This document shows positions 17,274 to 26,743 of a stretch of DNA of 64,000 nucleotides, piece after piece. The stretch's first letter is position 1; each line of letters opens with the position of its first letter. The translations under genes were made by a program, and so were the position numbers. Source of the stretch: Myxococcota bacterium. GTDB lineage: Bacteria; Myxococcota_A; UBA9160; UBA4427. The notes beneath the pieces were generated by a model. It had not been told where the DNA came from. It ran no database searches and saw only the letters and a list, made by a program, of their open reading frames with translations. Where the stretch lies: the NCBI GenBank assembly GCA_046583095.1, contig JAYGDB010000116.1, positions 373 to 64,372 of the forward strand, given 5' to 3'.

Positions 17274-18800
17274 TTGCTCGAGACCGTCACCCAGGGCTTC
17301 CAGGCCGCCACCGAGAGGCTCCGCGGGGTCAAGGAACTCAGCGAAGACAACATCGACGCGGCTCTGCGCGACGTCCGTACATCGCTGCTCGAAGCGGACG
17401 TCGACTTCGACGTGGTGCGCAACTTCCTCGCAGGGGTGAAGGAACGCTCCCTGGGCCAAAAGGTCGAGACCCGTGCCCGAGACTCGTCGGGCCGGCGACT
17501 GCGGATGGCCCCCGGTCAGCAGTTCATCAAGATCTGCGAGAAGGAGCTGATCGCCCTGATGGGGCCGGTGGACCCCACGCTCGAGAAGGCCCGGGGCGCC
17601 ACGTCGATCATGCTGGTCGGGCTCCAGGGCGTCGGCAAGACGACGGTCGCCGCCAAGCTCGCCCGCCACCTCGAGAAGCAGAAGATCCGCCCGCTGCTGG
17701 TCGCCGCCGACGTCTACCGTCCGGCCGCCATCGATCAACTCGAAGCCCTCGGCGCGAGCATCGACATCCCGGTGCACCGCGGCCAAGAGGGGCAGTCGCC
17801 CCCGGAGATCTGCCGCGCCGCAGCGGATCGCGCCCGGGAAGAGCGCCTGAACGGAATCATCTACGACACCGCCGGCCGGCTGGCCGTCGACGACGAGCTA
17901 ATGAGCGAGCTCGAGCAGATCGCCACGATCGTCGAGCCAGCGAATACCCTGCTCGTCTGTGACTCCCTGATGGGCCGCGACGCCGTGAACGTCGCCCGGG
18001 CCTTCAAGCAGCGAATCGACATCGATGGCATCGTCATGACGAAGCTAGACGGCGACGCCCGAGGCGGCGCTGCCCTTGCGGTCAAGGCCGCCACCGGCGT
18101 TCCCATCAAGTTCCTGGGAACCGGCGAGACCCTCGACAAACTCGAAGAGTTTCGTCCCGAGGGCCTAGCGTCGCGCATCCTCGGCATGGGAGACGTCGTC
18201 GGCCTCGTCCAGGACTTCGAGGAAGTCGTCGACGAAAAGCAGGCCGAAGCCGACGCAGAGCGCTTGCTCAAGGGCCAGTTCACGCTCGACGACCTCGTCA
18301 CCCAGCTGAAAACCATCGGAAAGATGGGGTCGCTAAAGGAGATCCTCGGGAAGCTCCCCGGGATGGGCGACATGGCCGAGCAGGTCGACGAGACGGAACT
18401 CGGGAAGGTGCAGTCGTTGATCCACTCGATGACGCCCCAGGAGCGCCACGAGCCCGGGCTGATCGACCCGAGTCGGGCGCGGCGAATCGCCGGGGGATCC
18501 GGCCGGCAGCCGAAGGAGGTGCATCAACTCGTCGAGCGCTTCGATCAGATGAAGACTCTGATCGGCGCGATGGGAGGCTCCGGAGGCAAGGGCCTGCTCG
18601 GCGGCAGGATGCCCTCGCTGCCCGGGATGGGCGGCGGGCTCGCAGGTGCGGGTGGGGTCGGCGCCGACCCGATGGCGATGTTCGCCGAGCCAGAGACCGC
18701 AGGCCGCGCACGGGGTCGCGAGCGCGCACGGAATGCCGACACCCGGAAGAAGAGCAAGCGGAAGCAGGCGCGGAAGTCGCGCAAGAGGGGTCGACGCTGA
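17274..18800 (+). CDS. ffh: Signal recognition particle protein Ffh, with a K/R-rich C-terminal tail
   Basis: TTG start. N domain, G domain 'GLQGVGKTT' and 'DTAGR', 'TKLDGD'. Met-rich M domain. C-terminal 'RKKSKRKQARKSRKRGRR'. Confidence 0.93.
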   Translation: MLETVTQGFQAATERLRGVKELSEDNIDAALRDVRTSLLEADVDFDVVRNFLAGVKERSLGQKVETRARDSSGRRLRMAPGQQFIKICEKELIALMGPVDPTLEKARGATSIMLVGLQGVGKTTVAAKLARHLEKQKIRPLLVAADVYRPAAIDQLEALGASIDIPVHRGQEGQSPPEICRAAADRAREERLNGIIYDTAGRLAVDDELMSELEQIATIVEPANTLLVCDSLMGRDAVNVARAFKQRIDIDGIVMTKLDGDARGGAALAVKAATGVPIKFLGTGETLDKLEEFRPEGLASRILGMGDVVGLVQDFEEVVDEKQAEADAERLLKGQFTLDDLVTQLKTIGKMGSLKEILGKLPGMGDMAEQVDETELGKVQSLIHSMTPQERHEPGLIDPSRARRIAGGSGRQPKEVHQLVERFDQMKTLIGAMGGSGGKGLLGGRMPSLPGMGGGLAGAGGVGADPMAMFAEPETAGRARGRERARNADTRKKSKRKQARKSRKRGRR

Positions 18801-18882
18801 GCGGGCCGCTCTTCCCCACGGGATTCGGATCCCTGTTTCGGACCTCAGCTTCTGTCACGCAGTTGCCGATCCAAGAACACGC

Positions 18883-21033
18883 ATGATGCGTACCCCTATC
18901 GCACTTCTATGCCTGGCCGCCCTGATCCTCGTCTCGCCGCCGGCCGACGCCGACCGGAGCTCAGAGCTGTTCCCGCGGCCTCCCGAGCTCGAGCGGGACG
19001 TTCAGTTCTGGGTGCGCGTCTACACGGAGGTGGACGGCGACAGCGGCTTCATCCACGACAGCCGCCTTCTGCATGTCGTCTACCAAACCGTGAAGTTCCC
19101 GGCCGGCGCGAACTCGCGCACCCGGGACCGCATCGTTGAGAAGTCGAAACGCGGATACCGCGATGCACTCCGCGCCCTCGCCAAGGGCAAGCGGGCTCGG
19201 CTCACGCGGCTCGAAGCGCGTGTGCTGGCACTCTGGGGCACCGACGTCAAGAACAGTGAGCTACGTGCCGGCGCATCACGGCTGCGCTTCCAGCTGGGGC
19301 AGGCCGACAAGTTCCGGGCCGGGCTGATTCGCTCGGGCATCTGGCGCAAGCAGATCCACAAGACCTTCACCGACCTGGGTCTCCCGAGCGAACTCGCTGC
19401 CCTGCCTCACGTCGAGTCGTCCTTCACCCCCAACGCGTACTCTCGGGTGGGCGCCGCCGGCCTCTGGCAGTTCACCCGATCCACCGGTCGCCGTTACATG
19501 CGGGTCGACCACGTGGTGGACGAGCGGCTCGACCCGACGGCCGCCACGCTCGCCGCCGCCCGCCTGCTCGAGCACAACCATCGGGCCACCGGCACCTGGC
19601 CGCTCGCGCTCACCGCCTACAATCACGGTGCTGCCGGCATACGCCGCGCGTCCCGCAAGATGGGAACGAAGGACATTGCGGTCATCGCGCGCAAGTACCG
19701 CAGCCGCCGGTTCGGCTTTGCGTCCCGAAACTTCTACGTAGAGTTCCTGGCGGCCCTGGAGATCGACAAGAACCCCGAGAAGTACTTCGGTCCGATCGCC
19801 TTCCGCGCTCCGCCCGAGATAGAGATCGCCGAGCTGCCGTACTACGCCTCGGCACAGGGGCTCGCCAAGGGACTCGGCATTTCGCTCGATGTCCTCAAAC
19901 AGGCCAACCCCAGCCTGCGGCCTTCCATCTGGAACGCTGCCAAGCGGGTGCCCAAGGGTTATCGGCTGCGTGTTCCACGGACCAGCCTCACCGAGCCGCT
20001 CGACCGCCTGATCGCGGGCGTGCCGCGCTCGGCCCGCTATGCCGCTCAGACACGCGATAGCTTCCACAAGGTACGGCGCGGCGAGACCTTGTCGGCCATC
20101 GCGGCCCGCTACCGAACCAGCGAGAGGGAGCTCGCGTCCCTGAACGGACTGCGCAGTCGGCACCGGATCCGCGCCGGCCAGAAGCTGCGCCTGCCCGAGG
20201 AGGCGGGGGCTCGGCGAAGCCGCCAGCGCGCCTCCATCGCACCCGAGGTGCGTCAGCCGCCGCCCGAGGACGGGATCTACCGGGTGCGTCGGGGTGACAG
20301 CCTCGCGAAGATCGCCGCCCGCTTCGGCGTGACCGTGCAGGACCTGCTCTCTCAGAACGCGATCCGCAACCAACACCGAATCGACATCGGACAGCGACTC
20401 CGCGTCGCTCCGGCACCGAACCCCGCGGCGACGCCCACAGAGGCGGCCCTGGCCGCGGCCCACCCGCACTCCATCGCGGAGTTTACGCCGCCTGCGGCGG
20501 CCCAGGCGAAGTTCGGGATCATCAGCGAAACCTCGCGCAACACGAGTGTCGCTGACGCCGCCGCCGAGCGGCCGGCAGCCGGCCAGCCCACGGACGCCCT
20601 GCTTGCCGACCCGGGCGACTACTCGGTCGCCTCGGACGAAACCATCGAGGTGCAAGCCGCCGAGACCCTCGGCCACTATGCCGAGTGGCTGGACCTGCGC
20701 GCGAGCCGACTGCGTCGGCTCAACCACATGAGCTACGGAACGCCCCTCGTCCTGGGCAGGCGTCTGCGGCTCGACCTGAGCCAGGTGACTCCAGAGATTT
20801 TCGAAGAGCGCCGGAAGGAACATCACCGGGCGCTGCAGGGTGAGCTCTTCGAGCGGTACGCGATCGCCGGAACTCAGACCCATCGGGTTCGCCGGGGCGA
20901 CTCCATCTGGGAGCTCGCAGAGCACACGTACCACGTGCCGCTCTGGCTCCTGCGCCAGTACAATCCGGACATCGACTTCGGCGAACTCCACCCCGGAGTC
21001 CGCCTCGCGATCCCGAAGCTGCGCGCGCGCTAG
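18883..21033 (+). CDS. Membrane-bound lytic murein transglycosylase (MltD-like) with three LysM domains
   Basis: ATG at 18883, then the signal peptide 'MMRTPIALLCLAALILV'. SLT motif 'HVESSFTPNAYSRVGAAGLWQF'. LysM repeats 'YHKVRRGETLSAIAARY', 'YRVRRGDSLAKIAARF' and 'HRVRRGDSIWELAEH'. Confidence 0.88.
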   Translation: MMRTPIALLCLAALILVSPPADADRSSELFPRPPELERDVQFWVRVYTEVDGDSGFIHDSRLLHVVYQTVKFPAGANSRTRDRIVEKSKRGYRDALRALAKGKRARLTRLEARVLALWGTDVKNSELRAGASRLRFQLGQADKFRAGLIRSGIWRKQIHKTFTDLGLPSELAALPHVESSFTPNAYSRVGAAGLWQFTRSTGRRYMRVDHVVDERLDPTAATLAAARLLEHNHRATGTWPLALTAYNHGAAGIRRASRKMGTKDIAVIARKYRSRRFGFASRNFYVEFLAALEIDKNPEKYFGPIAFRAPPEIEIAELPYYASAQGLAKGLGISLDVLKQANPSLRPSIWNAAKRVPKGYRLRVPRTSLTEPLDRLIAGVPRSARYAAQTRDSFHKVRRGETLSAIAARYRTSERELASLNGLRSRHRIRAGQKLRLPEEAGARRSRQRASIAPEVRQPPPEDGIYRVRRGDSLAKIAARFGVTVQDLLSQNAIRNQHRIDIGQRLRVAPAPNPAATPTEAALAAAHPHSIAEFTPPAAAQAKFGIISETSRNTSVADAAAERPAAGQPTDALLADPGDYSVASDETIEVQAAETLGHYAEWLDLRASRLRRLNHMSYGTPLVLGRRLRLDLSQVTPEIFEERRKEHHRALQGELFERYAIAGTQTHRVRRGDSIWELAEHTYHVPLWLLRQYNPDIDFGELHPGVRLAIPKLRAR

Positions 21034-21044
21034 GGAGTTCCGGT

Positions 21045-21722
21045 CTAGACCTGGAAGATCGTTTCGTCCGGCAGCCGGATCGCGGTCAACGGGCCACCGT
21101 ACGCGGCGCCGGTGTCGATCCCGATGCCGAAGGGCGCATTCCAGCGCACCTGGAAGTCCTCGCTCGGCGTGTGGCCGTAGATCACTGTGGCGCCCAAGCG
21201 ATGAGGCAAGTCGCAGGTCGCGCGCGTCCACAGCAGGTCTTCGGGCTTGCTCTTGCGCAGCGCGTAGGCAACGTCCTCAACCTTGAGCTGAGCGCGGCCG
21301 AAGCCCGCGTGGACGAAGACGTAATCGCCCTCCACGTAGTGGAGCTTCAGGCTCAGCAGGAAGTCCTCGTGCTTCTTCGGCAGGCGGAAAGACCGCCGGT
21401 CGCGCTGCTGTCGATCGAAGTAGCCGTAGCTCGCCAGGGTGCGATCCCCGCCGTTCATCAGGAAGGCGTCGCCACCGAAGTAGGCGTCATCCGTCCAGCC
21501 GAGGAAGTCCAGCAGCATCGACTCGTGGTTGCCAAGCAGGAAGACGCAGGGCCAGTCCTGCTGGAGCTGGATCAGCCGCTCCACCACTGCGAAGGGATTC
21601 GGACCCCGGTCGACGTAGTCCCCGAGGAAGACCAGCCGATCCCCCTCCTGCAGGGGAAGCTTGTCGAGCAACTCCTCGAGCTTCTCGTTCTCTCCGTGGA
21701 TGTCGCCAACGGCGTACAGCAT
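21045..21722 (-). CDS. Metallophosphoesterase (PPP-family Ser/Thr phosphatase or ApaH-like)
   Basis: 'GDIHG', 'GDYVDRG' and 'GNHE' motifs. Confidence 0.88.
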   Translation of the reverse strand: MLYAVGDIHGENEKLEELLDKLPLQEGDRLVFLGDYVDRGPNPFAVVERLIQLQQDWPCVFLLGNHESMLLDFLGWTDDAYFGGDAFLMNGGDRTLASYGYFDRQQRDRRSFRLPKKHEDFLLSLKLHYVEGDYVFVHAGFGRAQLKVEDVAYALRKSKPEDLLWTRATCDLPHRLGATVIYGHTPSEDFQVRWNAPFGIGIDTGAAYGGPLTAIRLPDETIFQV

Positions 21723-21798
21723 GAGCCGAACGGTCGCCTCCCCTCGTCGCGTCTTCGGCCGATGGGCCCGGGGGCTTGACCTGCGACCCCAGGAGTCT

Positions 21799-22848
21799 TC
21801 AGCCGGAGGGGCTCTGGGGGCTGCGAGAGCGGGCGGCGAGCTGACCGCAGGCGGCGTCTATGTCCGCACCGCGATTGCGCCGGAGGGTGACCCGCAGGCC
21901 GCCCTCGTGAAGGATCGCCGTGAAACGATCGACGACCTCCCGAGCCGGCGGCCGGTACGGCGCATCGGCGTGGGCGTTCATGGGAATCACGTTGAGCTTG
22001 CACGGAATCCCCTGCAGTAGCGCGGGCAGCCGGCGCGCATCCTGCTCCGAGTCGTTCACGCCCTGCATCAGGGTGTACTCGAAGAAGATGGGACGCCGCG
22101 CAGAGATGAGCTCTTCGTTCCGCAGGTAATCGAGCAGCTTCGCGATCGGGAAGCGTCGGTTGAGGGGGACGAGCACGTCCCGCACCTCGTCGCGAGTTGC
22201 GTGGAGCGACACGGCGAGGTTGATCGGCCCGACCTCGAGCAGCGGCCGGATCTTCGGGAGCACTCCGGCTGTAGATACGGTGACGCGACGCGGGGCCATC
22301 GCGAAGGCCTTGGGGTGGACCAGGATGCGAATCGCTTCGAGAACCGCCGGCAGGTTCAGGAGCGGCTCGCCCATGCCCATGAAGACGATGTTGCTGATCC
22401 GGTCCTCCTCTTCGAGAACCTCGCGGGCGCGGCAGACCTGATCGACGATCTCGGCGGTGGAGAGGTTGCGGGTGAAGCCCATGGCGCCCGTCGCGCAAAA
22501 CGAGCAGCTGAGCGGGCAACCCACCTGGGTGGAGATGCAGAGGGTGTTGCGCCGCTCCTCGGGAATCAGGACGGCCTCGACGACCGCGTTGTCCGCGGCT
22601 CGCAGGACGAGCTTGCGGGTGCCGTCGCTCGACACACTCAGGGCGTCGAGCGAAAGGGCCCGGGTCTGCCACTCGCTGGCGAGACGTTCGCGCAGGGAGG
22701 CGTCGAGGTTCGTCATCTCGTGGGGATCCTCGACACCGCGCCGGTAGAGCCAGTCCGCCACCTGGTCGGCGCGGTAGCGCGGGATGCCCTCGGAGACGAA
22801 GTACTCGCCCAAGCGAGGCAGTGAGAGATCCTTCAGATTGACGCTCAT
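21799..22848 (-). CDS. rlmN: 23S rRNA/tRNA adenine-C2 methyltransferase RlmN (radical SAM)
   Basis: The ATG at 22848 overlaps the trmB stop (ATGA). 'CPLSCSFCATG' radical-SAM cluster and 'GMGEPLLN'. The upstream part of the track ORF is R-rich and looks non-coding. Confidence 0.9.
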   Translation of the reverse strand: MSVNLKDLSLPRLGEYFVSEGIPRYRADQVADWLYRRGVEDPHEMTNLDASLRERLASEWQTRALSLDALSVSSDGTRKLVLRAADNAVVEAVLIPEERRNTLCISTQVGCPLSCSFCATGAMGFTRNLSTAEIVDQVCRAREVLEEEDRISNIVFMGMGEPLLNLPAVLEAIRILVHPKAFAMAPRRVTVSTAGVLPKIRPLLEVGPINLAVSLHATRDEVRDVLVPLNRRFPIAKLLDYLRNEELISARRPIFFEYTLMQGVNDSEQDARRLPALLQGIPCKLNVIPMNAHADAPYRPPAREVVDRFTAILHEGGLRVTLRRNRGADIDAACGQLAARSRSPQSPSG

Positions 22849-23483
22849 CGCCGGACGTACTCGAAGAAGTAGAGGGGTCGCCTTTCTTGCCGCCAGGTCT
22901 CTTCGTAGGCGGTTCGGACGCGACCCGCGACCTCGCTGCACCACGGATCCGGCGCAAAGGCGTTCTCGAGGTCGCGCCCGGCGGCGAGGAGGGAGTCGAT
23001 CTGGTGCGCGTAGGGGGTGTCGTCTGTCGCGACGTGGAGCGTGCCTCCCGGTTCGAGCGCGCGCTCGACGGACGCGACGAACGGAGCCTGGAAGAGGCGT
23101 CGGCTGGCCTGCCGGTCCTTCGGCCACGGATCCGAGAAGTTGATCCAGAAGGCGGAAACACCTCCCGGCCGACACAGGTGCTCGACCACCACCTGCCCTC
23201 GGCCTTCGACGAGGCGCACGTTGCGGAGCCCGGTCCGCGCGAGCCGGCGGGCCATCCTGAGACATCGCTTGAAGGAAACCTCGACGCCGACGAACGCGGT
23301 GTCCGGGTTCTTGCCGGCCAGGTCGAGCAGGAACTCTCCGCGGCCGAAACCGATCTCGACGACGAGACGCAGGGGAGGTTTCAGGCCTGGAGCGAACTCG
23401 TCCTCCCAGCCGCGCTCGGCGACGCCATCGACTCGACGTCTCCAGTCTTCACCCGGAATGTCGTACTTGAGACCGCGGCCCAT
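22845..23483 (-). CDS. trmB: tRNA (guanine46-N7)-methyltransferase
   Basis: 'VEIGFGRGEFL', 'GVEV' and 'FSDPWPK' motifs. Confidence 0.88.
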   Translation of the reverse strand: MGRGLKYDIPGEDWRRRVDGVAERGWEDEFAPGLKPPLRLVVEIGFGRGEFLLDLAGKNPDTAFVGVEVSFKRCLRMARRLARTGLRNVRLVEGRGQVVVEHLCRPGGVSAFWINFSDPWPKDRQASRRLFQAPFVASVERALEPGGTLHVATDDTPYAHQIDSLLAAGRDLENAFAPDPWCSEVAGRVRTAYEETWRQERRPLYFFEYVRR

Positions 23484-23491
23484 GGAAGCTC

Positions 23492-25105
23492 CTAGACTTC
23501 CGCCCCCATGAGCATGGCGCGCAAGTCCGGCAGGAACGGCCGCCGGGGGAGGATGTCCAGTTGATAGCGCTCCCCGTCACCGATGCCTGCCCGGCGTCGC
23601 GCATCATCAATCGCTTCCAGGGGACCTCCCAGACCGTCGACGAGCCCCACGTCGAGGGCGGTGCGGCCACTCCATACGCGGCCGCCTGCCACGCGCTCGA
23701 CGGCGGCGACGTCCAGCCCGCGGCCCGCCGCGACGCGCTTGACGAAGACGTCGTAGAGCGCCTGCATCTCGTCACTGACGGCGCGGCGCTCATCGGGCGT
23801 AAAGCCACGTGTCTCACTGAAGAGCCCCGCTCGGTCTCCCATCTCGACCGCGTCCCGGCCGATTCCGAGCCGACGGTATAGGCCCTCGAGATTCAGCTTG
23901 CCGCCCACCACGCCGATCGAACCGGTCAGGCTGCCGGGCTCGATCCAGATCGCGTGGGCGGCCGCCGCCAGGTAGTACCCGCCCGACGCGGCGACCTCTC
24001 CCATCGAGACCACGACGGGCTTCTCCTGGGCGGTCAGTTCGACGGCGCGGTAGAGGAGATCCGATGCCACCGCGTCGCCGCCCGGAGAGTCGACTCGCAG
24101 CACGACCCCCGCGGTGCGGTCGTCCTCTCTCACGCGAGCCAGCAGGCGGCTCACCGGGACGCTGCCGATCCCCCGGCGTGACGTCCCGCGAAGCACGTTC
24201 CCGGTCGCGACGACGTAGGCCAGCTTGGGCAGGTGTCGTAGCAACGGGCGCCAGCCCGGATCCGCAACGACCCTGCCGAGGTAGCTGGCGAGATCGAGAA
24301 ATGCGACGTCCCGGCTCGCGTCGCCGCCGCGAGAGAACGGCCGCAGGGCTTCTTCGAGTTCGTCGGCGTACAGGAACCCGTCGATCAGTCCGGCCTCCCG
24401 CGCGGCGCCAGCCGCATACGGGCCACGATCGATTCTCTCCCGAACCTCTCCGGGCTCGAGCCCCCGCCCGGTTCCAATCGCGTCCACCAACTCTCGGTAG
24501 AGATCGGTCAGCCACGCCTCCGACTGCTCGCGTTGCTCGGGTGACATGGAGCGTCGGGTCGCGATCTCCCCGGCGCTCTTGTACCGGCCCACGTGAACCA
24601 CCTCGGGCTCCACGTCGAGCTTGTCGAGCAGATCCTTCAAGAAGAACTGTTCGGTCCGCAGTCCGACGAGTTGCACGACACCGCTCTCGGGAAGCCAGAC
24701 GCTGTCGGCGCCGCTGGCGATCCAGAGCTGCGCGGCGGTCAGGCTCTCGGCCCAGGCGACGACGGGCATACCGGCTTCCCGAAGTCGATCGACCCGACGC
24801 CGCAGCGCAGCTGCCTGATTGAAACGATGCGGCCCAGTACCCTGGAAGCGCAGCAAGACTCCCGAGATTCGAGGATCCTCGGCCACGCGCTCGAGGCTCT
24901 GCAGCAGTTCGAGGAAGGAGAGCCCGGCATCTCGATTGGTTCCGAAGGCGGCTCGGCCCCGCTCTCCGACATCGGCGCCGAGCGGAACTAGCAGCCACAG
25001 CGCGTTCGCCTTCGCCCTCCGCTCGAGTCCACGGCCGGCAAGCCGCACTGCCCTGGCGCCGTTCGCGAGGAGCCGCGAGGCGAAGCCGACGACCGGAGAC
25101 GCCAA
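23492..25105 (-). CDS. sppA: Signal peptide peptidase SppA (S49, tandem-domain type)
   Basis: Two ClpP/crotonase-like halves. 'MGEVAASGGYYLA' (Ser nucleophile region). The TTG start directly abuts the upstream stop. Confidence 0.85.
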   Translation of the reverse strand: MASPVVGFASRLLANGARAVRLAGRGLERRAKANALWLLVPLGADVGERGRAAFGTNRDAGLSFLELLQSLERVAEDPRISGVLLRFQGTGPHRFNQAAALRRRVDRLREAGMPVVAWAESLTAAQLWIASGADSVWLPESGVVQLVGLRTEQFFLKDLLDKLDVEPEVVHVGRYKSAGEIATRRSMSPEQREQSEAWLTDLYRELVDAIGTGRGLEPGEVRERIDRGPYAAGAAREAGLIDGFLYADELEEALRPFSRGGDASRDVAFLDLASYLGRVVADPGWRPLLRHLPKLAYVVATGNVLRGTSRRGIGSVPVSRLLARVREDDRTAGVVLRVDSPGGDAVASDLLYRAVELTAQEKPVVVSMGEVAASGGYYLAAAAHAIWIEPGSLTGSIGVVGGKLNLEGLYRRLGIGRDAVEMGDRAGLFSETRGFTPDERRAVSDEMQALYDVFVKRVAAGRGLDVAAVERVAGGRVWSGRTALDVGLVDGLGGPLEAIDDARRRAGIGDGERYQLDILPRRPFLPDLRAMLMGAEV

Positions 25106-26743
25106 CTACCGCCTCCGCAGCTTCTTGTGCGAGATGTAGTCGACCATCAGGAAGGACCCGAGCTGGCTTGGGCTGGTGTAGAAGGCGCGTCCCCGGTTGA
25201 TCTGGGTCATCTGTTCGACGAAGCCGAGCAACTCCGGGGCGTCGTCGAGCATGAAGGTGTTGATGGTGATGCCCTGCTTGGTAACGCGGCGGACCTGCTT
25301 CAGGGTCTGCACGACCGCGTGTGGCGAGATGCCGCCGAAGCCGGAAGGCCACTCTACGCGCAGCTGCTCGCCTGCCCGCGTCGGCTCGAAGTACGCCGTC
25401 GGCTGGCCATCCGTAATCACGATGATCTGGGGCGAGGAGCACGGGAATTGGCGGATCAAGCGCTCTGCGATGCGCAACCCGTCCTGCAGGTTCGTAAACG
25501 GATCCGAGACGTCCCAACTCACCTCTGGCAGTTCGCGGATCGAGATCTCCCGGGCCTGCGTCGAGAAACCGACCACGCTGAAGTGGTCACGCGGGAAGCT
25601 CGAGCGGATCAGCTGGTCCATCGCGAGGGCCACGCGCTTGGCGGCCGGGAAACGACCCGCCCAAGACATCGACCAGCTCATGTCCAGGAGCAGGATCGTC
25701 GTCGTCTGGGTCGTGTAGTCCATCTCCCGGACTTCGAAGTCAGCAACCTCGAGAGAGACGGAGCTGCTGCCCAGCGTCTGCCCTTCGCCCGTCCGCCGCT
25801 GCACGCCGTTCATCACCGTTCGGACGATGTCGAGATCCAGGTCGTCGCCGAACTCCCAGGGCCGCGTCTCGTCGGGGCGCGGCAGCCCGACGCCACGAGA
25901 GTTCGTGTCGTGCTGGCCTGCCATTCCCTTGCGCAGCGCCGTGTACACATCGGCGAGCGCGTTCGCACCGATCGCTCGTATCGCCCGGGGCGTGAGCTCG
26001 GGATCCGGACCGCCGCGCAGGTAACCGGCGTTCTCGAGCTCGCTCTCGAGATCGCGGAGCAACACGAACGACTGGGCGGCCGGGTCGCCCAGCAGATCCC
26101 GCAGCTGCTCGGGCGAGATGGGTTCGAGGTTGCCTTCCTGGAGGTTGCGCGCCATCTGTTCGAGGGCCTCGATGCGCTCGCGGATCTCCTGGGCGGTCTC
26201 GTAGTCGGCCTGCTCGCTGCCGCGGAAACGGTCACCCCGCCGCTCGAGGAAGTCATCGAGCCGCTGGATGCGCTCGAGTTCATCGAGGAGCTCCTGGAAG
26301 TCCTCGCCCGCCTGCCGGTCCTCGAAGTCGTGATCGCGCATCCGCTCGATCCGGCTGCCCACGTTCTGGTCCTCGCCGTGGCGTCGATCGAGAAAGTCGT
26401 TCATGCGCAACGACTCGAAGCCGTGCCTGGCGCGCAGCGCCTCCTGTTCGCGATCGAGGATGTCGTCGAGCTGCTGCTCGAGCTCCGACGTCGCGGCGTC
26501 CATGTCGTACTGCTCGTAGAGCGACTCGACCTGGTCCCGCAGCTCACGGACCAACTCCTGGAGTCCCATCACGCGCATGTTCATGCCCGCCATCGGGAAG
26601 CCGTACTCGCGCATCCACTCGAGGGCCTCGCGCGTGTTGAGCCCTTCCATCATGAGGTCCGAGAGCTGCTCGAGAGCGCTCTGGGCGTCCATGCTGAACT
26701 CGTCCAGGGAGCCGTCCCAGCGGCTGTACCGGTACGCCCTCAT
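25106..26743 (-). CDS. VWA-domain protein, partner of the upstream AAA+ ATPase
   Basis: MIDAS 'LLLDMSWSMSW' in the C-terminal half. Long acidic coiled N-terminal half. The ATGA overlap with the ATPase gene at 26740-26743 was verified. Confidence 0.85.
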   Translation of the reverse strand: MRAYRYSRWDGSLDEFSMDAQSALEQLSDLMMEGLNTREALEWMREYGFPMAGMNMRVMGLQELVRELRDQVESLYEQYDMDAATSELEQQLDDILDREQEALRARHGFESLRMNDFLDRRHGEDQNVGSRIERMRDHDFEDRQAGEDFQELLDELERIQRLDDFLERRGDRFRGSEQADYETAQEIRERIEALEQMARNLQEGNLEPISPEQLRDLLGDPAAQSFVLLRDLESELENAGYLRGGPDPELTPRAIRAIGANALADVYTALRKGMAGQHDTNSRGVGLPRPDETRPWEFGDDLDLDIVRTVMNGVQRRTGEGQTLGSSSVSLEVADFEVREMDYTTQTTTILLLDMSWSMSWAGRFPAAKRVALAMDQLIRSSFPRDHFSVVGFSTQAREISIRELPEVSWDVSDPFTNLQDGLRIAERLIRQFPCSSPQIIVITDGQPTAYFEPTRAGEQLRVEWPSGFGGISPHAVVQTLKQVRRVTKQGITINTFMLDDAPELLGFVEQMTQINRGRAFYTSPSQLGSFLMVDYISHKKLRRR